A stretch of DNA of 64,000 nucleotides from Marsupella aquatica (Eukaryota > Plantae > Marchantiophyta): positions 684,751 to 748,750 of the forward strand of contig OZ316898.1 in NCBI GenBank assembly GCA_973895155.1, written 5' to 3'. Shown in pieces: positions 13,450 through 27,318 of this stretch. Made by a program: the position numbers and the translations under genes. A model generated the notes under the pieces. It saw nothing but the letters and a program-made list of their open reading frames with translations, was not told where the DNA came from and searched no databases. How positions within the stretch are numbered: position 1 is the stretch's first letter; every line of letters starts with the position of its first letter.

Positions 13450-14810
13450 TCCTAACTAGATATGCAGGTGGGGTGTGGAGGTCCTTTAAGGGGGCAAGCG
13501 GCTGCGGAGGCGCACTAGTACCCACGGCTAGAGATGTATGATAGGTCGCTCAAGCTTGAGCACATTGTAGCATCATGGAAACTCTAACAAAAGTGTGTGG
13601 TCAGAACGGAAAGTGGTGGGCCAATGGAACCCGCCCCTTGATCCATGAATGTCTCAAGTTGTCTGGCTCCCAAGTGAGTCTCCCAAAGATCTCAATCGCA
13701 AGGGGTAGTAGACAATCTGATGACGCTCATGCTGCACATTTTGCACTGTTGGTCATTTGCTGCCCCTGCCTATGCTGTTGCTATCCTGATGATGTCCCGA
13801 CATAAAGGATTGGTCAGCACAACAGCACCTAGGGTTTGCCTGAGTCGTGGACCTCCCCACATAGCACCCTTGTCAAGCTCGCTTCCCTCTCCTTGGACTA
13901 GCTCAACCCTTAGCACTAACATGGAACTTTGAATAAACCAACTCCAGTGACCTCCATGATAATAGGGAATTAAAAAGCTTGCCTTGTAAAAAGGGGAGTT
14001 GTTTACCCAGCTCAACTCCGCCTCGGCAATGGCCTGCACATACATATGGATCCCCAAGCTTAATACTTTATTCAAGGTAGCAAGGGCCAACATAACCATT
14101 GTCTTATTTTTAAGCTCAACATCATGAGTATGTGGTCAGCAAATATAACCTCCTTGACTGTGCCAGTCTTGCCATAAGTAGGAACCAAGGGTTGACGTCC
14201 GTTACTCATCCAAGGTAACTCTAATCTCTTGATCTTGGACTGCCTTGCCTCCAAGATATGCTTATGGTCCTAAGCAACTAGTTTAACCCGAGTTTGTTTC
14301 AATACGTCGGGGCCAGCCCATTCTCGACTCTAGTGTCCCTTCCAATGGGTCCAACTCAACTCAGCACTCAATAAGTAGGTCTACTTGCTCCCCAACATGG
14401 AGACCACTTGGGAACTCAACCTAGCTTGGCAAGAGGGTTCAATTCCCTGCAAACTGTGAGGACCAAATACATCCTTAGGATCCAACTGAGATTATTTGGG
14501 GGTAGTAATCCGAGAGAGCTTTCTAACAAGTCCAAAAAGTCTCCCAATGGCCTCCTGGTGGCGCAGATGTCACACTTTCCATATGGTCTCTTCCTGTGAT
14601 TGTACAATTGTTGTGCCCCATACCTTGGATTCAGCACCTAGTCACCAAAGAAGACACCACTCTCGATCCTCATATATGTATTTTTGGAAACCTGTTGCCT
14701 CCCAATCAACTCTCGGATCAACTTTGGTCGTCTATGTTTTGGCCTTCAACTTACGCCCAATTGATCAAGCTACGAACTTGGAAAGCACTTGAGTAGCTCG
14801 GACACACTTG
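13450..14810 (+). mobile_element. Possible highly degenerate LINE ORF2 3' remnant
   Basis: Fragmentary frames such as LLCPIPWIQHLVTKEDTTLDPHICIFGNLLPPNQLSDQLWSS resemble the Trp/Cys-rich C-terminus of plant LINE ORF2. Many stops; no RT core recognised. Confidence 0.25.
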
Positions 14811-15629
14811 TAGTGTTTGTACCGATGGACATCTGAGCTAAGAGTTATGCCCATGGCACCATTCTGGTCCAGGCGTGCTAATTTAAGCAACTTCAGCTTC
14901 ATGCCTCAATCTCTTTTTCTTCTTCTTTTCTTATTCTTTCTTTAAAAGGGGAAATCTGTGAAACCCCATAGAAAGGGAAGAGTCAGCCACAATAGTTGGG
15001 AAGAGTCAGCCACAATAGTTGAACCCAAGACCTATCAATCTCTACTCAAGTGAGCTACCACAAAGTCATGCCTCTCTAGGCTTCATGCCTCAATCTTGCA
15101 TGGGCCATAAGTGGAGATCTACATGTTCATTCAGGACACTGCCTTACATGGTTGTGACCGGGCTTGTATGGTGCTCCAGGTGCTACTATGGGTTCTGCAT
15201 TTTCTATACTTTCATTGTCCAATGTTTACACGTGCTCCAATGATACCAATATGCAAGCGTCCACTTTCTTTAGCAAACTCATGAACATTTCTAAATACTA
15301 TCAATGGTCTGAACACAACCATGTGCTCAGCTAGTATCATCTTTTGAGCTCTCTATGTTTAGTGAATCCGTAACTTTAGAATCTAAAGATCTTGTCACAA
15401 GCTTGTGCCTAAGTATATATGTTGAACATGTACAATGATCCCTACTTGTCCCATTTAAGCTCATCATTGTCTCCTCATCCTTAGCCAAATCTTGGATAAG
15501 CCAATCCAATAAAGAATCTTAGAGGGACCCAACATTGGAATTAGGCAACGCTAGTCAAGCATATATGAGCAAGGCATGATTGTCTGACACTGCCTCCCAT
15601 CTTGTACCAAAAACCCAGAGAGAACCTAA

Positions 15630-16011
15630 TGTTAGGGTAACTAACTTTAGTCTTGGGTTAGCTTCTTGATACTTAGGCTAAACCGCCCATTACGATGTTA
15701 TTGGCTATTAGCCGCCACTCTTGCTTCTAGCATATAGAGGGGCTAGTGAGAGCTCATCTTGGAGACTCATGCTTATTGTTGAGGGAACTAGCTAGGTGCT
15801 AGGAGGAAATCTTGGGCAAGGAGGCTTTGTGTGGCCATGGTGGCAAATGCTTAGTAAAGCTCTTGTGTGTTCCCGTGGACGTAGCCGTGTTGAAGGTGAC
15901 CCACGTATCTTTTGGTGTCAATGTGTGCATGCTTGTTGATTGTTCTCCTGGTTGTTTAGTGACGGTTTTGAATTCCCAACAACTATGGTCTGCACTCTGA
16001 TTGTACTACAA
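15630..16011 (+). mobile_element. Possible Copia-type LTR remnant
   Basis: TGTTAGG start, ...CAACA ends, and an internal cccgtggacgtagcc...gtgacccacgtatct motif typical of plant Copia LTR R/U5 regions. No matching TSD or PBS found. Confidence 0.3.
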
Positions 16012-19000
16012 CAAAGCGGATAAAAGCTTTTGTCATCCAATTCTTTCTATGTGCAGGAAATAGGGAGGTCCACAAGAAGGGGATGTTATAACCCCAAATA
16101 GAGAGTGACGCATATCAAAACCTCCTCTAAAGACATCCCCACTGGAGGGATTGCAGGAGCAGCCTAGTTGACGCTGACTCATGCACCCTTTAATTTCCTC
16201 CTAATTAAAGAAAGACTTCAAACTTGGTCCATTGTAGGTCTATTGACAAGCATGTTACATGAAGTGAAAATCTACATATGCTTGTTGAGGTCAGTTTGGA
16301 GACAGACAGGGTCCAAGGACAAAAACTTCAAAAATATAGATAACATGGCTTGAACGACAGGGTCAAGGAGTGTGATAATAACCATGTGTTGTGGCCATGC
16401 TCAATACTTGTACATTGCAAAAAAGATGTCATTGCGTAATAGATGTTCACGTCAAAAAAATATTGTTACAAAGGTGATAAGGGAGATAGATGATGACAAC
16501 ATAAACAAACACATTCACACAACCCTAGAGTAGGTGGAGGTTGACATCCCCCCTCCTCCTCGTGGCCTCCTCTTCCCCTTTCTCTTGGGCTGCCTCTCCC
16601 TTCTCTCCCCCCTAACAAAAGGCAAGGGTGTCCCTTTTCCCCCTCTTTTTTCCTCTTATTGCCTTATTATTATCTTCTTTATTTTCACCTTCCTTCACTC
16701 CACTTTGTTTCATCTCCTATCTTGTACTTATGGGAGGGTATAATACTATTCATCTCTTCACCCATGGATGCATCATTAATTCCCCTCCCTACTTTGAACT
16801 CTGTGTCTCCTAGCCCCTATCCCCTCATAATGGTGTCCCAAGTGCCCCCATTCTAATGGCAACACATGGCACTCACATAGAGTCCTATGCCATCATTCCC
16901 CTCTTAGAATCTTTGTGCATACCAAAATACTTTGTCGTGTTTGCTTTGGGTTAGGGAGATAGTCGTTTTACTAATGAAAGACGGGGATAAAAGAGGTTAT
17001 AAATCCAATGGTCATGGAATGTTCACTCCAAAAGTGATTTTATAAACAGACTGTAACCCACCACTTTTGGTGGGATAGGGTATTACAATAATAACTAAGA
17101 TATATATGAACAGTAAATCTGGTTTTTTTGTGGTCTATCCAGTTTGCATAAGTTTATCCAATCCATTTGGCAAAGATAGGGGTCCATCCAGGCTTCATTT
17201 TGGATGAATGCCTGAAGGGTCTAGGATGGGAATATGTGCAACTGACCTAAATGTTCATAAAGTTTTGGAAAGCCTTCAAATCTTGTCTGATCTTCTGGAT
17301 AAAAAGTGTCACTCTGATAAATGAAATGCAAATAGTAAGCAAACTAGTATGTTGGCCTAAAAACAGTGGCAATGTAACAAATCTCAGATGATTCATGTAA
17401 AGTTCAAAACTTTACCCATAACAGAAAGAAGCACAAAAACATTTCAAATCCAAACTGTTTTGCCACTACTGTAGGATGCCAGATAGTTCTCTAAATTCTA
17501 GAAAGGTGCACCACTCATGCACCATCATGTGAGTTTCTCAATAGATCTATTGTAATTTGCTCTTTTGAGACATTCCATTCCTTAACAAAGAATTGATATT
17601 TAGAATATCAGTCAGTTTTCTAATTTTTGCATACAAATGAGCTGAGAATTTGTTAAGAATCACATTCGATGACATAAGATAATTGGCAGTTCTCAGTGCA
17701 AAGTGTGGTTTCTCTACACTAGGTACGTACAAGAACCTCTGGATTGAAAATTGACTGCAGATTTCTTACATGACTGGCATCTTCCCCAGCCATGAGTCCA
17801 AACTATATAGTTTTTTAAAAAGTTTTTTTTGCCTGTTTTAAAAGGAGAACCAGAACAATACATAGATCCTTGCCTGGGAGTGGGAGGCAGGAGAGAAAAG
17901 CCACAAAAAAGCCGCTAAACAAAGGAGCACGCCAAGAGAAAAGGGAAGAAAGAAATGAAGAGGGGGAAGCCACCTGACCAGACCACCATAGGGGAGAAGG
18001 TGGAAAAGAGAGGAAGGGGGAGTCCCAGAGAAGCTATAGTGTGTTTTGAGCCTTTGTGTTTAGGGTTTAGGATTCCCAAGGGATGATGCCTGGAGAAATG
18101 TCTTGTTATTTTTATACTGAATATGATTGATGGTGACTGAGCTCTGACTTTCACCCTTTTGAGAATTGCCAAGGGTCAAGAATCACCCAAAAAGCATTCA
18201 GCCTCCTCACTGCCAAAATCTCTAAGTTTTATTCTGACAAAGACCTCACACACAATTGATTTTATATTATTTATTTTATGTGCAACGAACCCAAGAGGGG
18301 CTGGCCATAGGCTGTCACATAATTTTTACACATGTTACATAGGATGACATCTAGGGAAATTGAAGCCCCTATGGACCAAAACTTATAGTGCATGAGACTT
18401 GCATGGACTGTGAGTTAATATTAGTAGATTCAATTTGAATTTTATTTTGGGATTTATGCAAGATGAGTAGTTAGGAGACCAATTTCATCATGAAACGGAT
18501 TTTCATAATTACATTTCCAATTTGATCAAGTTTTTATACTACAACGTGTAGGAATAACTTTTGAAAAACAGTTTTTAGTATACAAATATATTTTCATGCA
18601 CATTTTTGTAATTTTCTTCTTCATCTTTTATATCAAAGATGACAAAATCAGGAATCAATCTAGATTGGATCTATGACCATGAAACCACAGGAAAAATCAT
18701 GAAGGGGTAAAGCTCTAGAAATATTTTACGTTGATTTTTTAATAAAGGCCTGAATTTTCAAATTGAATAGTTTTTGGTACCAATGGTTTATTTATCTTCA
18801 ACCTTTGACGTATTTATTGACTTTGTTTGGCACCTTTTTCAGTAAATTGATCCTTTTTGTTCTGACCTATTGACTAAATTTAAAAATGTAAGTGGAAGTG
18901 CAAGTGATGGGGAGCCCACACTATTGCCAGCCTAGCGTGAGGTGGGCATTTATGAAAATAATAGGATACTGCTTGTCAATAGGATCAGTCCATTGTGACC

Positions 19001-21180
19001 AACACTATAAATTTGACATACCCTACCAGCTGATTAGGTTTTGTGTTTCTTAGTTAGTTATAATTGTAATGTTCATCAAGAAACTAAACAGAGATAGAAG
19101 GCATTCTATCTAATTTGAAGTCATTCAGTCTCAATGGAGCTACGCGTACCATAAGTCAGCCTATGAAATAATCTTTCCTAAACGGGGCAAGCACTCCTTA
19201 AATCATAATATTATCATCTAATTTAAAACTTCCTATGTATCATACACTAGAATAGCATGTTGGGGTGTCATGCCTGAATGTCACCCAGGACTTTGTAGGA
19301 GGAAATCATGAGTGCACAGCGTAGCGACTCAACAAAGGAAGGAAGAAAGATTGCAGAATATGAATAAGCTGTCATTGGGAGCTTGCATTGGCACAATTTT
19401 TGAAATCAAAATTGGATTGCAACCGTGCATTTAGCTATCATTTTATTATTGCAGCTAGCTTATCTGATATGCTCTCATTTGAGCATAATTTGAGTATGTC
19501 AAGAAGATTGCTTGGTTGCTTGGTGTCCACAACTCATATGCAAATCTTGAGTTGAGGATTCAATGAAACAAAACGTTCCATTTTTTCAGTTTTTAGGTGG
19601 GTTTTTAGGTTTCAATATCAAAATCAGCTTTGCATGATTGTGTTCATTGTCTTCAATCGCTTGAAGAATTTTGGGTGTCCAACAAAAAGACTGCGTTGTA
19701 TAGCAATTGCTGAGATGAAATTGGACTTTGAAAGGGAAGGATGAAACAAGAAGACATTAGATGAAACAAAAATCAACAAAGATGAAGCAAAGTGAATCCA
19801 AACAAATTTGTAATCTATGGAGGCCTAACAAGGGAGTCTTTTGGGTATGGAAACCAAGAGATTTGCTGAGCATAGGTGGTGATCAACCGAGAGACACCCA
19901 AATTGATTTTGAAGCACACACAGACTATTGTTTTGATAGTATACAAATGAAATTGACTGAGGATAAACTTGTTTGCGGAAGAACTGCAAAAATTATTGCA
20001 GATGAATTGCAAATAAACAATTTAGTGCAGACACAAAAAGCTCCCAGTGTAAATTGAAATGTGATTGACCTCTTTCAGATGATCAGGAAGGCTAGCATGT
20101 CATTGGAGTTTGAAACTAACTGCTTCATCATGCGGCTTACTCCACACACAAAGGGGTACATGTGACAAGACTGTTTTTGAGATTCCATGGAAGAAACAGA
20201 AAAGACCGTCAAATGGAGCCAATTTGGAATGACCTAGAACTGAATGGACTGAGTTCCATTTCAAAGAGGAAAGACATAAGATATGGACATTTTTGAATTC
20301 AAGTGGACAAAATTCTGTAAGGAATGAATTTCTTTTGCAGTGAAGGGAGATAGAATGAATGAAGATGTTGTAATTAAGTTCAGGCCTGATATTTGAAGAC
20401 TGTCTTCGATGAATGGACAACGACAATGGGAAAGTATTGATATTCAATTGCACAAGGACAAAGGAAGGGAAATTACATAACATGTGAAGGGAACCCTGGA
20501 TTTGAAAGTTTACTGAGGGAGAAAAAGTTGTACTAGATTATGCAGCAACACATTCTTTCAAGTGAAAATATGACAAGGGCTTCTTGTCTCTTACCTCTTT
20601 CAGGTCAAAATTCAAGATAATCTGGACATTATAAGATCCTTATAAGTGTTATGATCAAATTTTTTTACTGCAATGTGCAGCCTGTTGTGGTATGCACCAG
20701 TAAACAATTGGACTTATTGTACAGTCATAAAGCTCCTCTGTAGCCTTTGAGGCAGAAAGAAAGGTTTTGGGTGCTTGTTGGCTGGGCTTAGCTGAAATTT
20801 GGTACTTGGTAGAAATTCACTCGCCTGGTTCAGAGTATTGGCAGAAAAAGAAAGAGCATGAAAAGGGAAGAACTGTGTCTAAGATCTTCCATGGGACGAA
20901 TGCACAAGGACTGTGTTTGAATGCCACAAATGAGTCGCCTGTGGCACGTGGCAGTTCAAATAGACGAGACTCTATTCCAATTTCAACATCGTCAAGTGGT
21001 TCAAACAACCTCACGGGGTCGGCAGTATGTCTGTCCTCCTACCTCAACGAGCAGCAGTGGACGAAGACAAAACAACAACAGCAAGAGAGGTCAGAGCCAA
21101 CAGCTTGAAAGAGAGACCATCAACGACGAAGACAGAAGAATCTGTACAGCTTTCAAGTTTGAGGCTGAGGGGGAAGTATA

Positions 21181-22485
21181 ATGAGAGGGTCGTTGCACAC
21201 CCAAAAACTTCTCTCAACGCTACTGATCTTCATTTCTTTTATGGTCAAAGGCACTGTCGGAGATGTCAACCTTGGAAAACCTATCAACCTGGTACCCAAC
21301 GGTGACTTTGAGTATGAACATTTTAATTGGGATTCAATGAAGTCGAGCTCTGTGGATGTTACAGTTGATAGAATGGACTATATTCCTTTCTTTAGGGTGG
21401 TACATAAAGGAATCCAGATTTTGACATCCTATGCATACCATGCACCAGGAGTGGTCGGTGGTGCACACGGAACTATGGTGTGCCACTTGAACACCAATCA
21501 AGGCCCAGGTGTGCTTCAAACTACACCCTTACGAATCCCTCGCAAGGGTGCACCATACATCCTCCAGTTTATGATGGCAGATAATCCTGATGGTGGTGAA
21601 CTCATCAAAGCTATGAGAGTAAGCATCCTAGTGAACAACCGAATCTCATATCCCAAGCTCAAGCCCTTCCAAATCAGCAATCCATACAGCAGTCAGGGTA
21701 CGCTTGACTGGAGCATAAAAAATATCAGCTTGGTGGGTACAGGAGAGTCCACCAAATTACAATTCGAGAGCCTTATGCCTGGACCTTACGGGGTTCTCAT
21801 TGACAATATTTCTGTCTCAATACAAACTCTCATTGAGAATGGGAGTTTTGAGAATACCACAGTTACTCAAAACCTCCTCACAGGTGTGGCAGTAATTTCT
21901 GCTCCAAGCCAAGAGATCCCTGGCTGGTTTGTGAAGTCTGGGCGGATAAAGTGGAGGGCTGCCTCCAATGGGTATCAATTCTCAACTGACAAATCCTTGA
22001 ACTTCATTGATCTGAATGCCGAAGCCACAGCTGGGACCATTGCCTCTAGCACATTCATCACCAAACCTGGTAAGAAATATGCGGTACTCTTTGACACGGC
22101 AGCCAATGCTGCAGACATCCCAGAGCAAAGAGGTTACATATCAGCTTCGGTTTTCAGCTATCCAGGAGGTAAACTGTTGGCATCTAGATCTGTCTTTGTC
22201 ACCTCAGAAGGATATCATCCTAGGAACTTGGGATGGACAACATATGTTTTGGAGTTTAAAGCCCATGAGACTCAAAGTTTTGTCCAGTTCTCAAGCCAAA
22301 TAGAGGGTACTTGGGGTGGTCCCTTGCTAGATAACGTTGTAGTATATCAGGTCCACAAGCCTGGTCATTTTAAGCATATTTCTCCCACTTGGAGTGCAGG
22401 GAAACATCTGAAGCCCTCTTATTGGACAAATAGCTTGACGACTGCTCTATTAATGTGTGTGTTTTGGGCATTTTGTAATATCTGA
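21181..22485 (+). CDS. Secreted DUF642-like (tandem galactose-binding-like domain) cell-wall protein, probably GPI-anchored, 434 aa, intronless
   Basis: Hydrophobic N-terminal signal (LLSTLLIFISFMV). Two repeats beginning NLVPNGDFE and TLIENGSFE and ending GVLIDNISV and GPLLDNVVV, with IPGW and IDLN motifs as in DUF642 proteins. Hydrophobic C-terminal tail ALLMCVFWAFCNI. Confidence 0.85.
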   Translation: MRGSLHTQKLLSTLLIFISFMVKGTVGDVNLGKPINLVPNGDFEYEHFNWDSMKSSSVDVTVDRMDYIPFFRVVHKGIQILTSYAYHAPGVVGGAHGTMVCHLNTNQGPGVLQTTPLRIPRKGAPYILQFMMADNPDGGELIKAMRVSILVNNRISYPKLKPFQISNPYSSQGTLDWSIKNISLVGTGESTKLQFESLMPGPYGVLIDNISVSIQTLIENGSFENTTVTQNLLTGVAVISAPSQEIPGWFVKSGRIKWRAASNGYQFSTDKSLNFIDLNAEATAGTIASSTFITKPGKKYAVLFDTAANAADIPEQRGYISASVFSYPGGKLLASRSVFVTSEGYHPRNLGWTTYVLEFKAHETQSFVQFSSQIEGTWGGPLLDNVVVYQVHKPGHFKHISPTWSAGKHLKPSYWTNSLTTALLMCVFWAFCNI

Positions 22486-25400
22486 AATACTATTGCTTCT
22501 TGGTCTTGATAGCCTCGCATGGATGAATTTCCTTGGCTTGTAGGACCAAATCTCAACATTGGAAATACTGCTCAATGGCAAAGAGCATTAGGACAGTCTT
22601 CAGGATTCCCATCTCACTGCTTCTTCCGACTTACCCAATTTCAGGATGACCACATTCACTTCCCTCACAGAAAAGTTATCAGTTGGAGGCAGCTGAAATC
22701 TTGTTTGGAAATCAAAACTTTAATTGAAGGACTGCAGTAATTATGACAAAATCCATCCAACATAATAGCAGGACTCTGCACCATCATTGGTTGCATGATT
22801 CAACTGCAAACATCAAATGTCAAAAGTTGGCCTGAAACCCAATTTTCCAGCTGGATGTAAAACTCCCATCATATGAGAATGATGCTGCCCATTATGTAGG
22901 CAAGGATGATGTGTGTGGAGATTTCTGAGAGCAAGAAGTTTGCGTATGCATGCGCCTATGTCGAAGCTCCTTTTGCTAGAGGAATGCAGGGGATGGAAAG
23001 ATTTTGTTCCATGGAACCTAAGACAAATCCAACTTATCTGGATTCTGTTCAGCTGCAAAGAATCTGTAAATATTCAGTCTCGTGGTAAAGTTATTTTGCC
23101 ACTTCCAACTTCCCACCAGTTTTGACAATATACAACATCTATAAATTAACTTTGATTCCACATGCAACTTACAGTCAAGTGCAATGCACCTACTTTAGAG
23201 TGTATGATTTGCACTGATCAAAGCATTTCACCATCGTACCTTCATTCTATTTTACATTTTAACACAAAAATGAACTGGGATTGCAGTATAATGTATGAGA
23301 TGCTGCTTTATGCTTTATTTATGCGTGGAGGGCACCCATTTGGTAGTGCACCTCATCTGACTAAATTTCAGTTTGCTCTCTTTCAGGATGTTACACTTTG
23401 TTTCTTCTTGACCAACTTCTGGAATTATGGTTGTTGAAGAAGAGATACACAAGATCTGATGATGAAAAGATGTACACCATGCCGGATCCGTGACATTAGT
23501 TTGGTGTTAGTTGCCATGAATACATACTGTTAATGCAAGTATTTTGAGAGCTGATAGAGGTCACAATATCATCTGTCCATACTTGACAATTAAAAACAGT
23601 AAGAGCTTTGATGTTGAGGGTGTTGTCGGAGAGTGGCGGAGTACTTAAAAGAATACAGGCATAACCCTTGAGCGGGGTATTGAGTGATGAGTCCCTAACT
23701 GGAAATTTTTTATGTTGTACTTTACTGTAGACTATACATTCCTTCAACATTCTTATCTGGAAGTTTGAAGGCTCTCATTGAGGTCATCGTAGTGATTGTA
23801 ATCACATTGAGACTGAAAAGAATTCAGTGCAATAAGACATTCCAGGACATCTGAATTGTGTCTTGCTTGTACACTACCAACCACTCCTGTAGATCTGGAG
23901 GGCTCATAATCACTAATTTTCACTGGCCTCCAACTGAATCACACGATGTTGAGAGGTGCTGCATAGTTGTATTTTACAGCTTAAATCACTATGTATAATT
24001 AAGAAACTGTGCCCACTGAATAATTTGCTTTGCATCAACACAACTTATTGTTCTCTTCGGCAATAAGAGAGACTAGCTCAATATTCAACAAGGTTGAGAT
24101 TTTTTCATTAAATTCCCAAGAGTTCCAACTTGGACATCGTGTACACTAGTGAATATTAATTTCAGAGTCAAAAGGTTTGTGTGCAACTCATTCAGATTTC
24201 TACCATTGAGAAAACTACTTGAAGCGGTGTAAGTAAAATGTGAAGGATTCAATCTACTCAAAGTTTCATCAACCATGAAGGTCAGATAAGGTATTTTAGG
24301 ACCTAAATGTACTTTGCATTTTACATTGATTTCTTTTAAAAACTCTAAACAACTGTTAGAGTAACTATGTGGAGGCAAAAGAGCATTGGGGGAATGGAGT
24401 GAAGCTCGTAATCAAAAGAGTGCTCTTACCAATGACAAATATCTTTAAGGACAGAAGTGGTGAAGACAGAGTTAATGACAGGGAAATATTTTGAACAAAA
24501 ATGATGATTTGGTTAGTGAGAGTGTAACTTTTGGACAAAAATGTGAATAGAAATATCCAAGCATATGTCTTAATGTCTTAATCCAGTCCATGTAGGTTTG
24601 GTTCAACCATCAGGGCTTCATGGACTAGGTGCAGGTTTATCCAGGATTTAACTTTGACATGCAAAGGTATGATGTTAATTAGAAATGATATGACACATAA
24701 GGGATAAAAATAATATTACACAAGTATATGTTTTAGTAGAGTCTGTTTTGACCAAACCTTCCTTGTTTGTGTTCCATGATTATATAGAATGGTGTTACTC
24801 AATTCATGTAGGGCTGTAGCCAAACTTGAACCCAAGCCTGATTCGGATTATTGGTAGGTACACTATGAATCTTCCACCTTATGTGCTAGATTTCACAATT
24901 GAAAACTCTTCACAACATTGAGCATGAAGTACAATGAGCCTAACTAAGATTTTCCAATCTAGGGCTATTATTTTGGAGCTCATTTTGGAGTCCCTTCCGT
25001 ATTTACACTTTCTGAGTTTTGATTGAACAATGTGGAGTAAGTTTTGATTGGGATCTTCAGCATTGGAACCTCGATGGCAGGTTAGGGTTATCTAGAATTA
25101 CACCGAGAGCCTTGAAATTTTTCTTAAACCACTAGTGCACTTATAACGAGCTCCCATAGCTCCCGTCATAAACTTCACAGGTTCAGGAATGGGTTTGAGC
25201 TCCACAAAAGGTGGTGAGTGCATAATCTTTTACTTGCAAGTGCTCCACCTTTTCTGGTCAGACAATGTTCACCATAAGACAGGAATGAGGAGTAGTGAGG
25301 GAGGGAATGAGGCTCTCATATGGGCAGGTGTGGTTTAACAAAACACAACATCAAGCATGTTTTTAATTATATGACAACCATAAACAATTAGATGACAACC

Positions 25401-27245
25401 AGAAACTACGGTGGATGATCAGGTTAGCCATGCACTCCACTATTTTTCTAATATTCTCTAGATCTAGTCTTTACTTTGTAAGTACCGTCAGACATGAAAA
25501 TGCTCATAACATATGCATTGTAAAGATTTCTAAAGTTTCACATAGTCTAGACCTACTGGCAAAGGTTCTGATTATTTTAGTGCAATCTTTACAAAAGTGA
25601 AAAATATATTTATCCACAAACTTGCTTAAATCACCAAGCATGACTAGTGATTCTTTCTTAACAATATGTGCTTGACATGGTCAAATCACCAAATAGGCAC
25701 CAATATATACTAAGAACATGAGAGTTTAAGGATAGGTATACAACATCAAATTGTGCGTTTGCTGGTTTAGGCCCTCAGATTTACTGTTTTCCTCTGATTA
25801 GTCTTTTCTCAGTGGGTGATGTTTGGGGTACTTTTCACTCTTGCTCTTGCAGTTGCCCTTGTTCTTGGGTTTGAATGTGCTTGGGCTCTGGGTGACTTTT
25901 GGTCCTTCGCTTGAACGCCTGTGATTTGGCCATTTTACTCTCCCTTTTATTACATTCCAATATTCTCATAAGTGCTCATTTAGAGGAAAAAAAACAGCCT
26001 CAATTTTTTGTTGGGTTGACTCAATTTTTCAATAATCGATCATTTTTCAGCGAGCCTAACGACTCCTCCTGTACTTTGTTAATGCACCAGAAGCATAATT
26101 AAACCACAACTATGAGTATAAGGGGCTCCGGGTATAAGTCCTCATACCCAAGTGTATCCTGGGCCTAAACCATCAGGCAGCGCAGCAGCGCCTCCCTTGA
26201 GCTGTCTGATATGCACTGATATCTGTGCCTACCCTCTGCCATCAGATCCGATCTATGGCTCAAATAGTAGGTCTCGTTGAGATCTACGTCTGTTAAAAAG
26301 CAGGCAAAATGGTTGGATATTTTTTGAGAAATAAAAATACAAATGATGCAATCTGATTGGCCGAATTCAAAATTTGAATTTTCAAGGGGGAAGGGTCGAT
26401 CTGAGCCGTCTACATTTCTTGTTTCCAGAAATCTCGTCCGTTCATCATAGTGGCCAATCTATGGCTCAAAGAAAAAATCTCAAATAGATCTATGGATTGG
26501 TTTTTTCCATTTTGTAAATGAGTTCACATTTTTTAAATGAAAAATAAAACAAATCCAAGCTCTCCCAGCCATTGATTTTGTAAGTTTTGCAATATTTGCC
26601 GTCTATTTGGTATTGCTTTTAGAAATCTTATCCATCCATGTTAGAAGACCATCTAGGGTGGAAAAGAAATAGGTATTTTTCATTCCAAAAATGAGTAAAT
26701 AGTTTTTAGAATAAAATTAAGTGAACTTTCAAGTTTCCAGCCATTCTTCCTCCCGGATCCTCGGTTTCTATGCGCCCTCCCCTGCCCAGCATTAAATGGC
26801 AGTACAATACCAAAGGTCCTTATATACCGGGAGTAGTGGTCTAATAATAATAATACCACCGGCGAAAAAAGTTTTCCTGGTGTGCCGCTTCCCAAAAACC
26901 CTGACCTGCCCAGGCAATGGCAATTCGGACAACGACGGGGGACCGACTACGTACTGTGGTAGTGTGGTGTACCCAATGGGAAACCCGTGAAGTACGGTAC
27001 GGTGGTGTCCTTTGTACTTTGTACTTCGTACTCCTCTACTCCTGTTTTTGGGTAGCTCGACTCTCCCGATCTCCTCCTTAGGGAATATTACAAAGGCGTA
27101 GATCGTATCATGCGTCAGCCCCCAACGGCCAAGCCCCATCCTGCTGCCCTTCCGTGAGCCCCACTCCAGACAAGTCCAGATTTACCTCGAATGATGTTTT
27201 TTATTGAGCCAATTTAACAAACCGAGATTTAGTACTCCGGACACC

Positions 27246-27318
27246 CGGTTTGGACTTGTCGGACAAATAATAATATTTACACTCGGTTTGGATTTGTCGG
27301 ACAAATAATAATATTTAC
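27246..27318. repeat. Tandem duplication of about 35-38 bp
   Basis: cggtttgga(c/t)ttgtcggacaaataataatatttac x2. Confidence 0.85.

Noticed and set aside
16084-17087. Possible solo Gypsy LTR ending GGGTATTACA
   Set aside because: The terminus looks LTR-like, but no candidate start gave a matching TSD; boundaries unsupported.
19560-20520. Coding-like stretch upstream of the DUF642-like gene (similar stretches at 22500-25400 and 40500-43000)
   Set aside because: Stops in all frames and no recognisable motif, so no product can be supported.
26110-26720. Possible Mutator-type terminal region with gatctatggct repeats
   Set aside because: No partner TIR or TSD found within the window.
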